Part shown: one piece after another, positions 13,104 through 23,594 of the stretch
Numbering within the stretch: position 1 is the stretch's first letter
How the letters are laid out: the number at the start of each line of letters is the position of its first letter
DNA from: Chiloscyllium plagiosum
Lineage: Eukaryota
NCBI RefSeq assembly: GCF_004010195.1
Contig: NC_057749.1
Span: 25,765,044-25,829,043 of the forward strand
Direction: 5' to 3'
Length of the DNA stretch: 64,000 bases
Notes under the pieces: generated by a model
Told to the model about the DNA's origin: nothing
Seen by the model: the letters and a program-made list of their open reading frames with translations, nothing else
The model's database searches: none
Position numbers and translations under genes: made by a program

Positions 13104-13814
13104 AGAGTCATAGAGTCATAGAGATGCACAACATGGAAACAGACCCATTGGTTCAACTCGTCCATGCCGACCAGATATCCAAACCCAATCTAGTCCCACC
13201 TGCCAGCACCCGGCCCATATCCCTCCAAACCCTTCCTATTCATATACCCATCCAAATGCCTCTTAAATGTTGCAATTGTACCAGCCTCCACCACTTCCTC
13301 TGGCAGCTCATTAAATTAATAGTTATGGCTTATATTTTAAGTTAAATCAAGAGACATATCTCCAAAAACAAATAATCAAATAAAAACCTACTCTACTCAC
13401 TACTGCAGATTCTCTGTAGGCCACACTTAAAACAACGCTTAACTTATCTGATTTTGAGCTGTGAACTTTGTGCAACAGTTCCTCCAAGATTAGTTGTGAA
13501 TTTCACTGTTTGATAATTTTCCCAGATGCCCTCCGATGTCCAGCGATTCACGAATTCAAACATCAAAGGCGGTAACTGTGCAGGTTCTCACTCTCTGTCT
13601 CTTCTGCACTGACCTCACCATGTGCTTCCTTTGTCTGTTCTTCTCCCTTTTAAAACTGCTGCTGTTTTTTTTCCAAAGTTCCAAAACAATGCAACAGCAT
13701 ATAAAACAGCAATTGCTGCTCCTAGAATTTGAGGAAATCACCTCCAACACCTAAAATACCTCAAAAAAGGAGCCAGAAATTTTTCCTGTACTCCATCTTG
13801 GATTACCCAGAATC
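13104..13814 (-). mobile_element. CR1/HER1 3' tail (13104-13312) joined to a possible LINE 5'-UTR-like segment (13313-13814)
   Basis: The tail matches the other HER1 copies. The adjoining segment starts (minus strand) GATTCTGGGTAATCCAAGATGG; its assignment as a 5' UTR is inference. Confidence 0.55.
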
Positions 13815-14059
13815 ATGCCTCGTCTGTGTCTAGTAGAGTGCCACAAGGATCAGCGCTGGAGCCTCAGATATTTACAATTTATGGGAATAGATTAAAGAGA
13901 TGAATCCAAAGTCATACAGGACTAAAGAGGCCTTTTGACCCATCAAGTTGCTGCAACTTATTTATTCTAATCCCACTTTCCAGCACTTGGCCATAACCTT
14001 AAGCGTTATGACATGGACCCAAGGAGATAGTGAAGAAAGAGATCAATCTGAGACTGGTA

Positions 14060-15908
14060 CAGTTGAGAAAAGAAGCGAGCCAGTCAGGACAAGCCAGGGA
14101 CAAAGCAGAGAACAGAGAGAACTGATAAACTAAACTGAATTTATTTCAATGCAAAGGGCCTAACAGGAAAGACAGATAAACTTCAGGCATGTTTAGGAAC
14201 ATGGAACTGGGATATCGTAGCAGTTATAAAAATATGGACAGGACTGGTAGCTTAATATTCCAGGATACAAATAGTACAGGAAGGACAGAATGGGAGGCAA
14301 GAGAGGAGTTGGGGGCGGGGGGGCATTTTTGATTAGGGTTAGTATTACAGCTGTACTGAGGGAGGATATTCCCAGAAATACATCCAGGGAAGTTTTCTGG
14401 GTGAAACTGAGAAATAAGAAAGGGATGATCACCTTATTGGAATTGTATTTCGACCCCCTAATCGTCAGAGGTAAATTGAGAAACAAATTAGTAAGGAGAT
14501 CTTAGTTATCTGTAAGAATAATAGGGTGGTTATGGTAGGGGATTTTAACTTTCCAAACATAGACTGGGACTGCCATAATGATAAGGGTTTCGATGGAGAG
14601 GAATTTGTTAAGCATGTACAAGAACATTTTCTGATTTAATACATGGATTACTGATTAGAGAAGGTGCAAAACCTGACCTACTCTTGGGAAATAAGGCAGG
14701 GCAGGTGACTGAGGTGTCACTGAGGGAGCACTTTGGGGCCAGTGACCATAATTCTATTAGTTTTAAAATAGTGATGGGAAAAGATAGACCAGATCTAAAA
14801 GTTGAAGTTCTAAATTGGAGAAAAGCCAATTTTGATAGTATTTGGCAAGAACTTTGAAAAGCTGATTGGGGGCAGATGTTTGCGGGTAAAGGGACAGCTG
14901 GGAAAAGGGAAGCCTTCAGAAATGAGATAACGAGAGTGCAGAGACAGTATATTCCTGTCAGGGTGAAAGGGAAGGCTGGTAGGTATAGGGAACACTGGAT
15001 GACTAAAGAAATTGAGGGTTTGGTTAAGAAAAAGAAGGAAGCATATGTCAGGTATAGACAGGATAGATCAAGTGAATCCTTAGAGTATAAAGGCAGTAGG
15101 AGTATACTTAAGAGGGAAATCGGGAGTGCAAAAAGGGGACATAAGATAGCTTTGGCAAATACAGTTAAGGAGTGTTGCTGAACAAAGAGACCTTGGAGCA
15201 CAGGTTCTGAGCTCCCTGAAAGTAGAGTCACAGGTAGATAGGCTAGTGAAGAAGGTGAAAATGTGTTGCTGGATCCTTCTTATTGGAAGAATGTTGTGAA
15301 ACTTGAAAGGGTTCAGAAAAGATTTACAAGGATGTTGCCAGGGTTGGAGGGTTTGAGCTATAGAGAGAGGCTGAATAGGCTAGGGCTGTTTTCCCTGGAG
15401 AGTCGGATGCTGAGAGGTGACCTTATAGAGGTTTATAAAATCATGAGGAGCATGGATAGGATAAATAGACAAATTCTTATTGGAAGAATGTTGTGAAACT
15501 TGAAAGGGTTCAGAAAAGATTTACAAGGATGTCGCCAGGGTTGGAGGGTTTGAGCTATAGAGAGAGGTTGAATAGGCTAGGGATGTTTTCCCTGGAGATA
15601 CGGATGCTGAGAGGTGAAAGTCTTTCCCCTGGGATGGGGGAGTCCAAAACTTGAGGACATAGGTTTACATTGAGAGGGGAAAGATATAGAAGAGACCTAA
15701 GGGGCAACTTTTTCACAGAGGGTGGTACGTGTATGGAATGAGCTGCCAGAGGAAGTGGTGGAGACTGGTACAATTGCAACATTTAAAAGGCATCCGGATG
15801 GGTATATGAATAGGAAGGGATATGGGCCAGGTGCTGGCAGGTGCGACTAGATTGGGTTGGGATATCTGGTCAGCACTGTTTCCATGCTGTACATCTCTAT
15901 GACTCTAT
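14060..15908 (+). mobile_element. HER1/CR1-type LINE with AP-endonuclease region, internal deletion of most of RT, and 3' tail
   Basis: IYFNAKGLTGKTDKL...WDIVAV, GGGGAFLIR, MVGDFNFPNIDW and SDHNS endonuclease motifs. At ~15172 it jumps to the ORF2 C-terminus (LERVQKRFTRMLPGLEGLSYRERL). TCTATGACTCTAT tail. Confidence 0.92.
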
Positions 15909-16310
15909 CTTGACAATGGGGCTGGTCCTTACAGGTGTGAAGCCACTTCCATGCAAAAGGGTCATGGAAAAATAGCACTCCTTCCCAAAAGGCTACAGAA
16001 TTTAGGCCAGTTAAAATTTACAAGATTGAGTTTAGATGTGGAGAGCGAAGGATTAAAAACAGGTTGTAGACCAATCAGGTTTAGATTGAGAAAACTAAAT
16101 GGCATAATGCTTTCCCAATGTAATAAGATTCAGGGTATTACAGGATTGTGGTAACAGTGGTTTATGCCAATCCTTCTCTATTCAATACTAGTCCTTTCAT
16201 CTCTTTCTTGCCAGCACCATTGGTTCAGCCTCTTTGCTCCTCTCCTCCAAAGTTTGTTTTCAATTCTTTAGAGCAGCTTGTTTTACCCGCCAGCTCCTCT
16301 GAAGACACTT

Positions 16311-18836
16311 TGTAGTGATTGGAATCAGGTGGTCATCATTGACTACAAGCTCCTTGTTGTTAACCTGGGCCAATCAGGAGGCACTGGCTGACCAAAATAA
16401 ACAGGGGACCCCCACGCTCCTGATCTTTGGGCACCCGGTACGGAGGAAGGAGGGCAGGTCTGAAGATCTCCTCGTGGCATGGGTGCTGGGGATAAAATAA
16501 GCACTACCGCACTTAGGTGGTAGTGTGGGGAAAAAAAAAAATAAAAAAAATAAAAAAAAAAATAAACAGGGGACCTGGCGCCGCAGGGAGTGGAGTGCAT
16601 TATTTCTCCCTCCAACTCTATTTTGATTTAGTCCCTACCCTCCCCTTCACTGTTTTGATCACACAGCACTGCCCTTTGATGTGAAGGGCAGTGTTTGTCA
16701 CTGGCCACCCGGGTGTTTTCCTATATTCCTGGTGGTGGAAATTGAATAAAGATCGGTGCACTTTGTGTCTTCCACTGTGTCTCACACCTGCACACACACA
16801 CCATGGGTGCGGGGGGAAAAAATAAGCACTACCGCACTTAGGTGGTAGTGTGGGGGTTAAAAGGAAGAAAAAAATAAATAAATAAACAGGAGCAAGTGGA
16901 GTGCATTAAAGAGAAAAAAAAGAGAGAAAAAAAAATAAAATAAACAGGGGACCTAGGTGGTAGTGTGGGGTTAAAAAAAGAGAAAAGAAAAAACGAAGAA
17001 GAAAAAAAACCTAAAAATAAACAGGAAGGTCAGTGATTCTGTTCAGTCTGAGAACTGGCTCTTGAAGGAGCTCAACCAGTTAAAAAAAGATAAACAGGGG
17101 ACTTGCTCAGGGCGGTTAGGGACACCGGAAGGTGGGTAGGCCATCCTGACCGCTGTCATCCTGGGGGTGTTGGGGAAGCAGGACGGGCTGCCCTAGAGGT
17201 GGTCGGAAGGTGTGTCAGGGTGGACCAAGAACTGGAAGGGACACGGGGTGGACCGAGAGCCAGAAGGTGTGTAGGGGCGGGCTGCCTTAGAGTGGCCGGA
17301 AGGCGGGAGGGGGCTTGCTGGGTTTCTGGGGGTCTGTATTGTTTGCACTGTTTCTTATGGAATTGGACTGTCTTGTATGTACAAATGTCATTGTTACTGT
17401 TTTGTGGAGATTGAAACAGGGATTTGAGGTTCCTCATTTCCCTGAAAACTGGTTAAACGGTGGGGTTTGGGGCCTGGCTTTGCTGCTCCTCTCCCTTGTA
17501 AAATTGCTGTTTCTCTGTATACAGCTGTTAATGTTAATTGTTTTGTAAATTGTGTATTGTTTAATAAAATATTATAAACAGGGGACCTCCCTCTGAGAAG
17601 GGCACTGCTTGTCACTGGCCACTCGGGTGTTTCCTTTCTTTCTGGTGATGGATTTTAAATAAAGATTTGTACACCTTGTATCTTTCACTGTGTCTCACAC
17701 CTGCACACACACAACATGGGTGCTGGGGGAAAAGATAAGCACTACCGCAGTTAGGCGGCAGTGTGGGGGTTATAAGAAAAAAACAAGAAAAAGAAAGAAG
17801 AATATATATATATATATAACCAGGCGATTTAGAGTCTCCTCAGTTTAGGACACTGACTCTGTGCTAGCTGATGCCACAGTCAGTGTGCTCCTAAAAAAAA
17901 GAGAAAATAAAAGATAAAAAGAAGAAAATATATATAAACAGGAGACCTCTCCTGAAAAGGCCACTGTCTGTCACTGGCCTCTTGGGTATTTCCTTTCTTC
18001 CTGGTGGTGGAAATTGAATAAAGTTTTGTGTACCTTGTGTCTTTCATTGTGTCTCACACCTGCACACACACAACATGGTGCTGGGGAAAATGTAAGCACT
18101 ACCGCAGTTAGGCGGTAGTGTGGGGGTAAAGAAATAAGAAAAAAAGAAAAAAATATACAGGGGACCTCCCTCTGAGAAGGGCACTGCTGGTCACTGGCAA
18201 TTTGGGTACTTCCTTTCTTCCTGGTGGTGAAATATAAATAAATATTTACCCACTTGTTGCTTTTCACTGTGTCCGACACCGACACACACACGACATGGGT
18301 GCTGGGGAAAAATAAGCATTACTGCTGTCAGGCGGTAGTGTGGGGGAGAAAAAAAGAAAAAAAATGAAAGAAATAATATATATGAACAGAGGACCTAGGT
18401 GTTCCTAGAGAAGGAGTATGCAGGGTCTACCAACAATCTAGGGCATTTTCAGGGAGAGGTGGATATCGCAGGGTGTGGAGTGTTTTATTTCCCTCCTCTG
18501 ACTCTATTTTGATTTAATCCCTGCCCTCCCCTTCACTGTTTGATCAAACAGCACTGCCCTTTGATGTGAAGGGCACTGCTTGTAACTGGCCACTCGGATG
18601 TTTCCTTTCTTCCTGGTGGTGGACTATAAATAAAGATTTACACACTTGTTGTTCTTCACTGTGTCAAAGAAGAAATACAAGAGAAAATATATATATAAGC
18701 AGGGGATTTAAAATCTCCTCAGTTGCAGGGGACTGACTCCGGGCTGGCTGGCTGGCTGGCTCCAACCAGTGTACAGTGCACAAGTAAATAAAGAGCAACT
18801 TGGTGATGGGATACCGGCCTCTGTGCAGTTATTTCA
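16311..18836 (+). mobile_element. Solo LTR (Gypsy/BEL-like, ~240 bp) split by an array of Tx1 insertions: 5' part 16311-~16408, 3' part ~18694-18836
   Basis: Begins TGTAGTGATTGG and ends GTTATTTCA (TG..CA). CCAAT at 16370, AATAAA at ~18787. The two halves align to the uninterrupted copy at 34855-35081. Confidence 0.8.
16409..18694 (+). mobile_element. Head-to-tail array of 5'-truncated Tx1-clade (L1 group) LINE 3' ends
   Basis: Peptides PTLLIFGHPVRRKEGRSEDLLV (16411-16476), WAPQGVECIISPSNSILI* (~16576-16631) and VFLEKEYAGSTN (~18400) resemble the Tx1 ORF2 C-terminus as I recall it. Units share a 3' UTR with AATAAA, a CACTACCGC..GCGGTAGTG hairpin and A-rich tails, and are delimited by ATAAACAGGGGAC-like repeats. 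Confidence 0.82.
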
Positions 18837-19479
18837 TTCTTACATTTATTCCCAGATTGCATTTTGTCCAGGGAATCTTGCTATCTTTACTTTTGCAGCC
18901 AGCCTATTTCCACACTATTAACATCCTTCGGATTTATTACAATGAAGGTAAAGTCAGATTGTCTGTTCCAGCCATCTTCATTAGTAACTGTAATTGTCTC
19001 CCCTTCGCAGGTAGTTGCTCAGGGTCAAGGATCACTCCCTTCCACTGCCACCAGTTTGCAAATAGCAAACGCCTGCAACCAGTGAAATGATCCTGACCAC
19101 ATTACCTGCTTTCATCATGTTGACACAGAGGTAAATGTTTTCTGGTAACTGTGGAGAATGGCTCCACTGGAATCATTTACATCCACCTGAAAAGATGCAT
19201 TGATTCTTGATTTAACATCCAGCTGCATGACAGCACCCCTGAGGATATAGAAGATGAAATAGCCTGAAAAGAGTGGGGTGACCCATTTTAGACAGAAATT
19301 AGAAGAATTTTCTTTCTTACAGAGGATCGTGAGTCTTTTAAACCCTGTTCAAAAGGTGACAGGAGCTGCTTTATGTGTGTCTGAGGATCCTAAGGTCAAG
19401 CTTGCCACTTGACACACTCACTACAGAATCACCTAAACGTGGCAGGACACACAGTAAGTGTGGCCTCTTGCGTGTACAA

Positions 19480-19810
19480 AAAAAGTGCCCAGCTTTCAAT
19501 CAATTTTGCAAGACTTGGGGCAGAAAAGGCCGTAGTCAGAGGCAGTGCACCAGAGCCACAATGAGCACTGCACCGATCCAAACAGATGTGCAAAAAACTA
19601 ATATCGTCACAGTCAATCACTTCATGTTCACACCTCTAGAGGGACAGCAGATTGTTTTTGTTGTAGCTGTAAGATACTCCTTCTTTGTTGTCTATTTGGG
19701 TCTGTGCACTGATCATTGCTCTATATCAGTCTTTGCTCTGGTGCACGCCCTCTGCCAATGGTCTTTTCTGCCACATGTCTTGCAAAATTGATGAAAGCTG
19801 GGCATTTGTT
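19480..19810. mobile_element. Old MITE-like foldback element
   Basis: Imperfect inverted arms ~19482-19595 and ~19685-19808 (TGCCCAGCTTTCAATCAATTTTGCAAGAC / GTCTTGCAAAATTGATGAAAGCTGGGCA). Confidence 0.6.
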
Positions 19811-20081
19811 ATCAGACTTTTGAACTGACCTTTCAAATGTTAATGTTTATCTCTCTCTCTCTCTCTGTCCCTTCTCTGTGGCTGTAACACTGTATTCTGC
19901 ACTCTGTTATGCTACTCCATTGCACTTTGCACTGTACGACCTTCATGTATAGCACACAACAGCATCTTTCACAATATCATGGTATATGTGACAACAATAA
20001 AGCAAACTCAAACACATGGGAAACATCAATGTTATTAAATCACATCGGTGCTGAAGAAGGGTCACTGAATTCAAAACATTA

Positions 20082-20374
20082 AGATTAGATTACTTACAGT
20101 GTGGAAACAGGCCCTCTGGCCCAACAAGTCCACACCGACCTGCAACCCACCCAGACCCATTCCCTACATTTCACCCAACGCTACAGGCAATTTAGCATGG
20201 CCAGTTTACCTAACCTGCGCATTTTTGGACTGTGGGAAGAAACCAGAGCAAACCCACACAGACACAGGGAGAATGTGCAAACTCCACACAGTCAGTCGCC
20301 TGAGGTGGGAATTGAACCCAGGTCTCTGGCGCTGTGAGGTAACAGTGCTAACCACTGTGCCACAGTGGTTAGCA
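20082..20374 (-). mobile_element. HE1-type SINE inserted in a Penelope pLTR remnant
   Basis: HE1 consensus features. The flanks 20050-20081 and 20377-20460 join into a pLTR; CATTAA is duplicated. Confidence 0.88.
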
Positions 20375-20754
20375 CCCATTAATTTTGCTTTCTCTCCACA
20401 GATGCTGCCCCACCTGCTGAGTTTCTGTGGCAATTTTTGTTTTTGTTTCAGATTTGCAGCGTCCACACTGTGTATGTCATTACATCACCTAAAGTGTTTA
20501 CAAAAATTCCAGTTATCTGTCCTCAGAAAACTGATGATTGTTCATCACTGGATAAAATTGATACCAGGTAAGAGCTGATATGCTACTTCCATGAATTCTT
20601 TAAAAAAAAGTACCAATAATCACGGGAAGCCTTAATGAGAATTACAAATGTAAATATTTCAAAATACAGTAAACAGGTCAATTGTTCGCTTTCAAGATCA
20701 ATAGCACTGGAGGACAAATATAAACAATCTGCTAGACCTTGTAAATATTTGACA

Positions 20755-20880
20755 GGAGAAAGTGAGGACTGCAGATGCTGGAGATCAGAGCTGAAAATGT
20801 GTTGCTGGAAAAGTGCAGCAGGTCAGGCAGCATCCAAGGAGCAGGAGAATCGACATTTCAGGCATAAGCCCTTCTTCATA
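20755..20880 (-). mobile_element. Penelope pLTR fragment
   Basis: GGAGAAAGTGAGGACTGCAGATGCTGGAGATCAGAGCTG..., the reverse complement of the 3' end of the Penelope element at 26400-26528. Confidence 0.85.
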
Positions 20881-20967
20881 GACATCATAGACACTACTGG
20901 ACCTCACACAATCTATAAAATCAGCAAACATTGGAGAAACAACAGAGACTCAAGCTTCTGAACAAGT

Positions 20968-22437
20968 TTGTAAGTTTGCAGATAACACCAAAATTGAAGG
21001 TGTAGTGGACATTGTAGAAGGTTACCTCAGACTACAAGGGAGCTTGATCAGATGGGCCAATGGGCCGAGGATTAGCAGATGGAGTTTAATTTAGATGAAC
21101 ATGAGATGCTGCATTTTGGAAAGGCAAATCAGGGCAGGACTTATACACTTAATGTTAGGATCCTAGCAAGTGTTGCCGAACAAAGATACCTCGGAGTGCA
21201 GGTTCACAGTTCCTTGAAAGTGGAATCGCATGTGAATACGATAGTGAAGAAGGCATTTAGTATGCTTTCATTTATTGGTCAGAGGATTGAGTATAAGAGT
21301 TGGGAGGTCATGTTGTGACTGTACAGGACATTGGTTAGACCACATTTGGAATATTGTGCGCAATTCTATTCTCCCTTCTATAGGAAGGATGTCATGAAAC
21401 TTGAAAGGGTTCAGAAATGATTTACAAGGATGCTGCCAGGGTTGGTGGGTTTGAGCTATAGGGAGAGGTTGAATAGGCTTGTGAGAAATTAAGCTCACAC
21501 ACTTCAATAATTTCAGTCCGAGACAAAGTCTGAATCAGTAGTGTCCTTTATTTTACTCTTGCAAGAGGGTGTCCACTGTCTACAAGGCAAGGGACACACA
21601 CACTGAATTCAATTAATACACAATATTTATATAATTTGGTTTCTTTTTTTTATTTCATTGCTCCTCCCCTGTTTACATCTTCCACTTCCCTAAGACTGGC
21701 ACCCATTACTCCTGTTTATCTCTTGCCTTATCCGGCCTTAAAAGTGGGAAACAGATGTTTATACCTACTGTTTGTACAGGTGTATCTAGCTTAACTTCCT
21801 CCCTCTCAGCATCTTATCTATTCGCCTGTAATATCTACCATTGTTTTGCAGTCACGTTTCATGCTGGCATACAATTTTAGCTAATACAAAAACAATTATA
21901 TATTTCCTCCACATAGTTTCCATTCTTGTTGACTCAGCTCTTGGCTGAAACAATTACACACTGGTGTGAGTTAATTTACTTTTATATAAGTAATTATAAT
22001 TGCAGAAGTAACACTACTTTACCTATATTCCACAGGCTGGGGCTGTTTTCCCTGGAGCATTGATGGCTGAGGGGGTGACCTTATAGAGGTTTATAAAATC
22101 ATGAGGAGCATGGACAAGGTTTGTTGCCCGGGGTGGGGGAGTCCAGAACCAGACGGCAAAGGTTTATGGTGAGAGGGAATAGATTTAAAAGGGACCTATG
22201 GGGCAACTTTTTCATGCAGGGAGTGGTGCGTGTATGGAATGAGCTGCCAGAAGAAGTGGTGGAGACTGGTACAATTGCAGCATTTAAAAGGCATCTGGAT
22301 GGGCGTGTGTAAAAGAAGGATTTAGAGGGATATGGGCCAAATGCTGGCAAATAGGACTAGATTAAATTGGGCTATCTAGTCGGCATGGATGAGTTGGCCC
22401 TAAGGGTCTGTTTCCATGCTTTACATCTCTATGACTC
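20968..22437 (+). mobile_element. HER1/CR1 LINE 3' portion interrupted by a solo LTR
   Basis: KFADNTK and MEFN...LHFG motifs. The LINE resumes at 22035 and ends in TCTCTATGACTC. Confidence 0.92.
21480..22034 (-). mobile_element. Solo LTR, 555 bp, 4-bp TSD (ERV1- or Gypsy-like)
   Basis: TGTGAGAAAT...ATATTCCACA termini with GGCT duplicated at 21476-21479 and 22035-22038, inside an otherwise continuous LINE. On the minus strand a TATA-like motif (~21625) precedes AATAAA (~21547). Confidence 0.85.
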
Positions 22438-23040
22438 AAAAACTTAATTCTCCTTCTCTTTCCACAGATGCGTCCAGACCTGCTGAATTTTCTGCAGCGT
22501 CTGCAGTGTTTTGCTTCTATAAGAGACTGCAGCTGACGATTCAAGAATCACTCACAAAACTAAATATAAAAAAAATGGAATTCTTCATTTTCTTCAAAAT
22601 CGCAACTCTTTGTTCAGGACAGAAAATTGAAAGCTCAACAGAAAAAAGCTGAATTATTGGCTCAGAGTAAATAACTGAGATGATGATGCTGCCTTTAGGA
22701 GACACCTCAGCTGACAAAGATGAATTAAATGCTGAAAAGAGAGAAAGTCATCTGCTGGACACCAACAAACTAGTGAAAGGATTGCTGATTTACAGGAAGA
22801 GCAACACAAGATCAAGCTTCGCAGGAGCAGCTGCCAAAGCTTTGACTTGAACAAAAAGCAATGCTGGTGAAAATGACAGACCTATAAAAATAGTTGGAGC
22901 AGCACAGTGCACACATCAAGGAGCTACAAGTCACTCATGTGACAGTCCTTTCAGAAATAAATACCAACAATGGTATTCCAGTGAAGGAACAAGCAGGACG
23001 TAGGCATAATCAATCAAGTAAGGGGAGGTAATGATGCCTC

Positions 23041-23165
23041 TTGATGAAGGGCTTTTGCCTGAAATGTCGATTCTCCTGCTCCTCAGATGCTGCCTGACCT
23101 GCTGTAGTTTTCCAGCACTACTCTAATCTTGACTCTAATCTCCAGCATCTGCAATACCCACTTTT
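23041..23165 (+). mobile_element. Penelope pLTR fragment with degenerate hammerhead
   Basis: TTGATGAAGGGCTTTTGCCTGAAATGTCG followed by the standard pLTR tail. Confidence 0.8.
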
Positions 23166-23170
23166 ACCAA

Positions 23171-23520
23171 GGGGAGGCAATGGCCTCATGTTGCTGGACT
23201 ATTAATCCAGAGATCTGGACAATGTTCTGTGGACCTGGGTTGGAATCCTGCCAAGCCAGATGGTGGAATTTGAATTCAATTTTTAAAAATTGGAATTAAG
23301 AGTCTAATGATGACCATGAATCCATTGTCATTTGATGTAAAAACCCATCTAGTTCACTAATGCCTTTTAGGGAAGGAAACTGCCATCCTTACATGGTCTG
23401 GCCTACATGTGACTCCAGACCCACAGCAATGTGGTTGACTATCGACTGCCCTCTGGGCAATTAGGGATGGGCAATGATGTTGGCCTAGACAGCGATGCCC
23501 TCATCCCGTGAATGAAGAAA
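23171..23520 (+). mobile_element. tRNA-derived SINE, second family (GGAGGCAATGGCC head; GGGCAATTAGGGATGGGCAA tail)
   Basis: A/B-box-like head. Homologous copies at 43420-43778, 55805-56150, 36208-36520 (-) and 53330-53650 (-). Confidence 0.75.
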
Positions 23521-23594
23521 ATGAAGCAGTAAAATAGCAACTGTTGGATGGCTAGATTTCAAAGAGAACAGAATAAAAAGGAGAATCTGTACCT

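Noticed and set aside
16500..16530. Hairpin near unit ends read as a Helitron terminus
   Set aside because: It is followed by A-rich tails and TSDs and preceded by Tx1 ORF2 peptides; there is no CTRR end.
16397..18706. Repeat-spacer pattern resembling a CRISPR array
   Set aside because: The spacers are variable-length, mutually homologous LINE 3' ends with A-tails; the context is eukaryotic and there are no cas genes.
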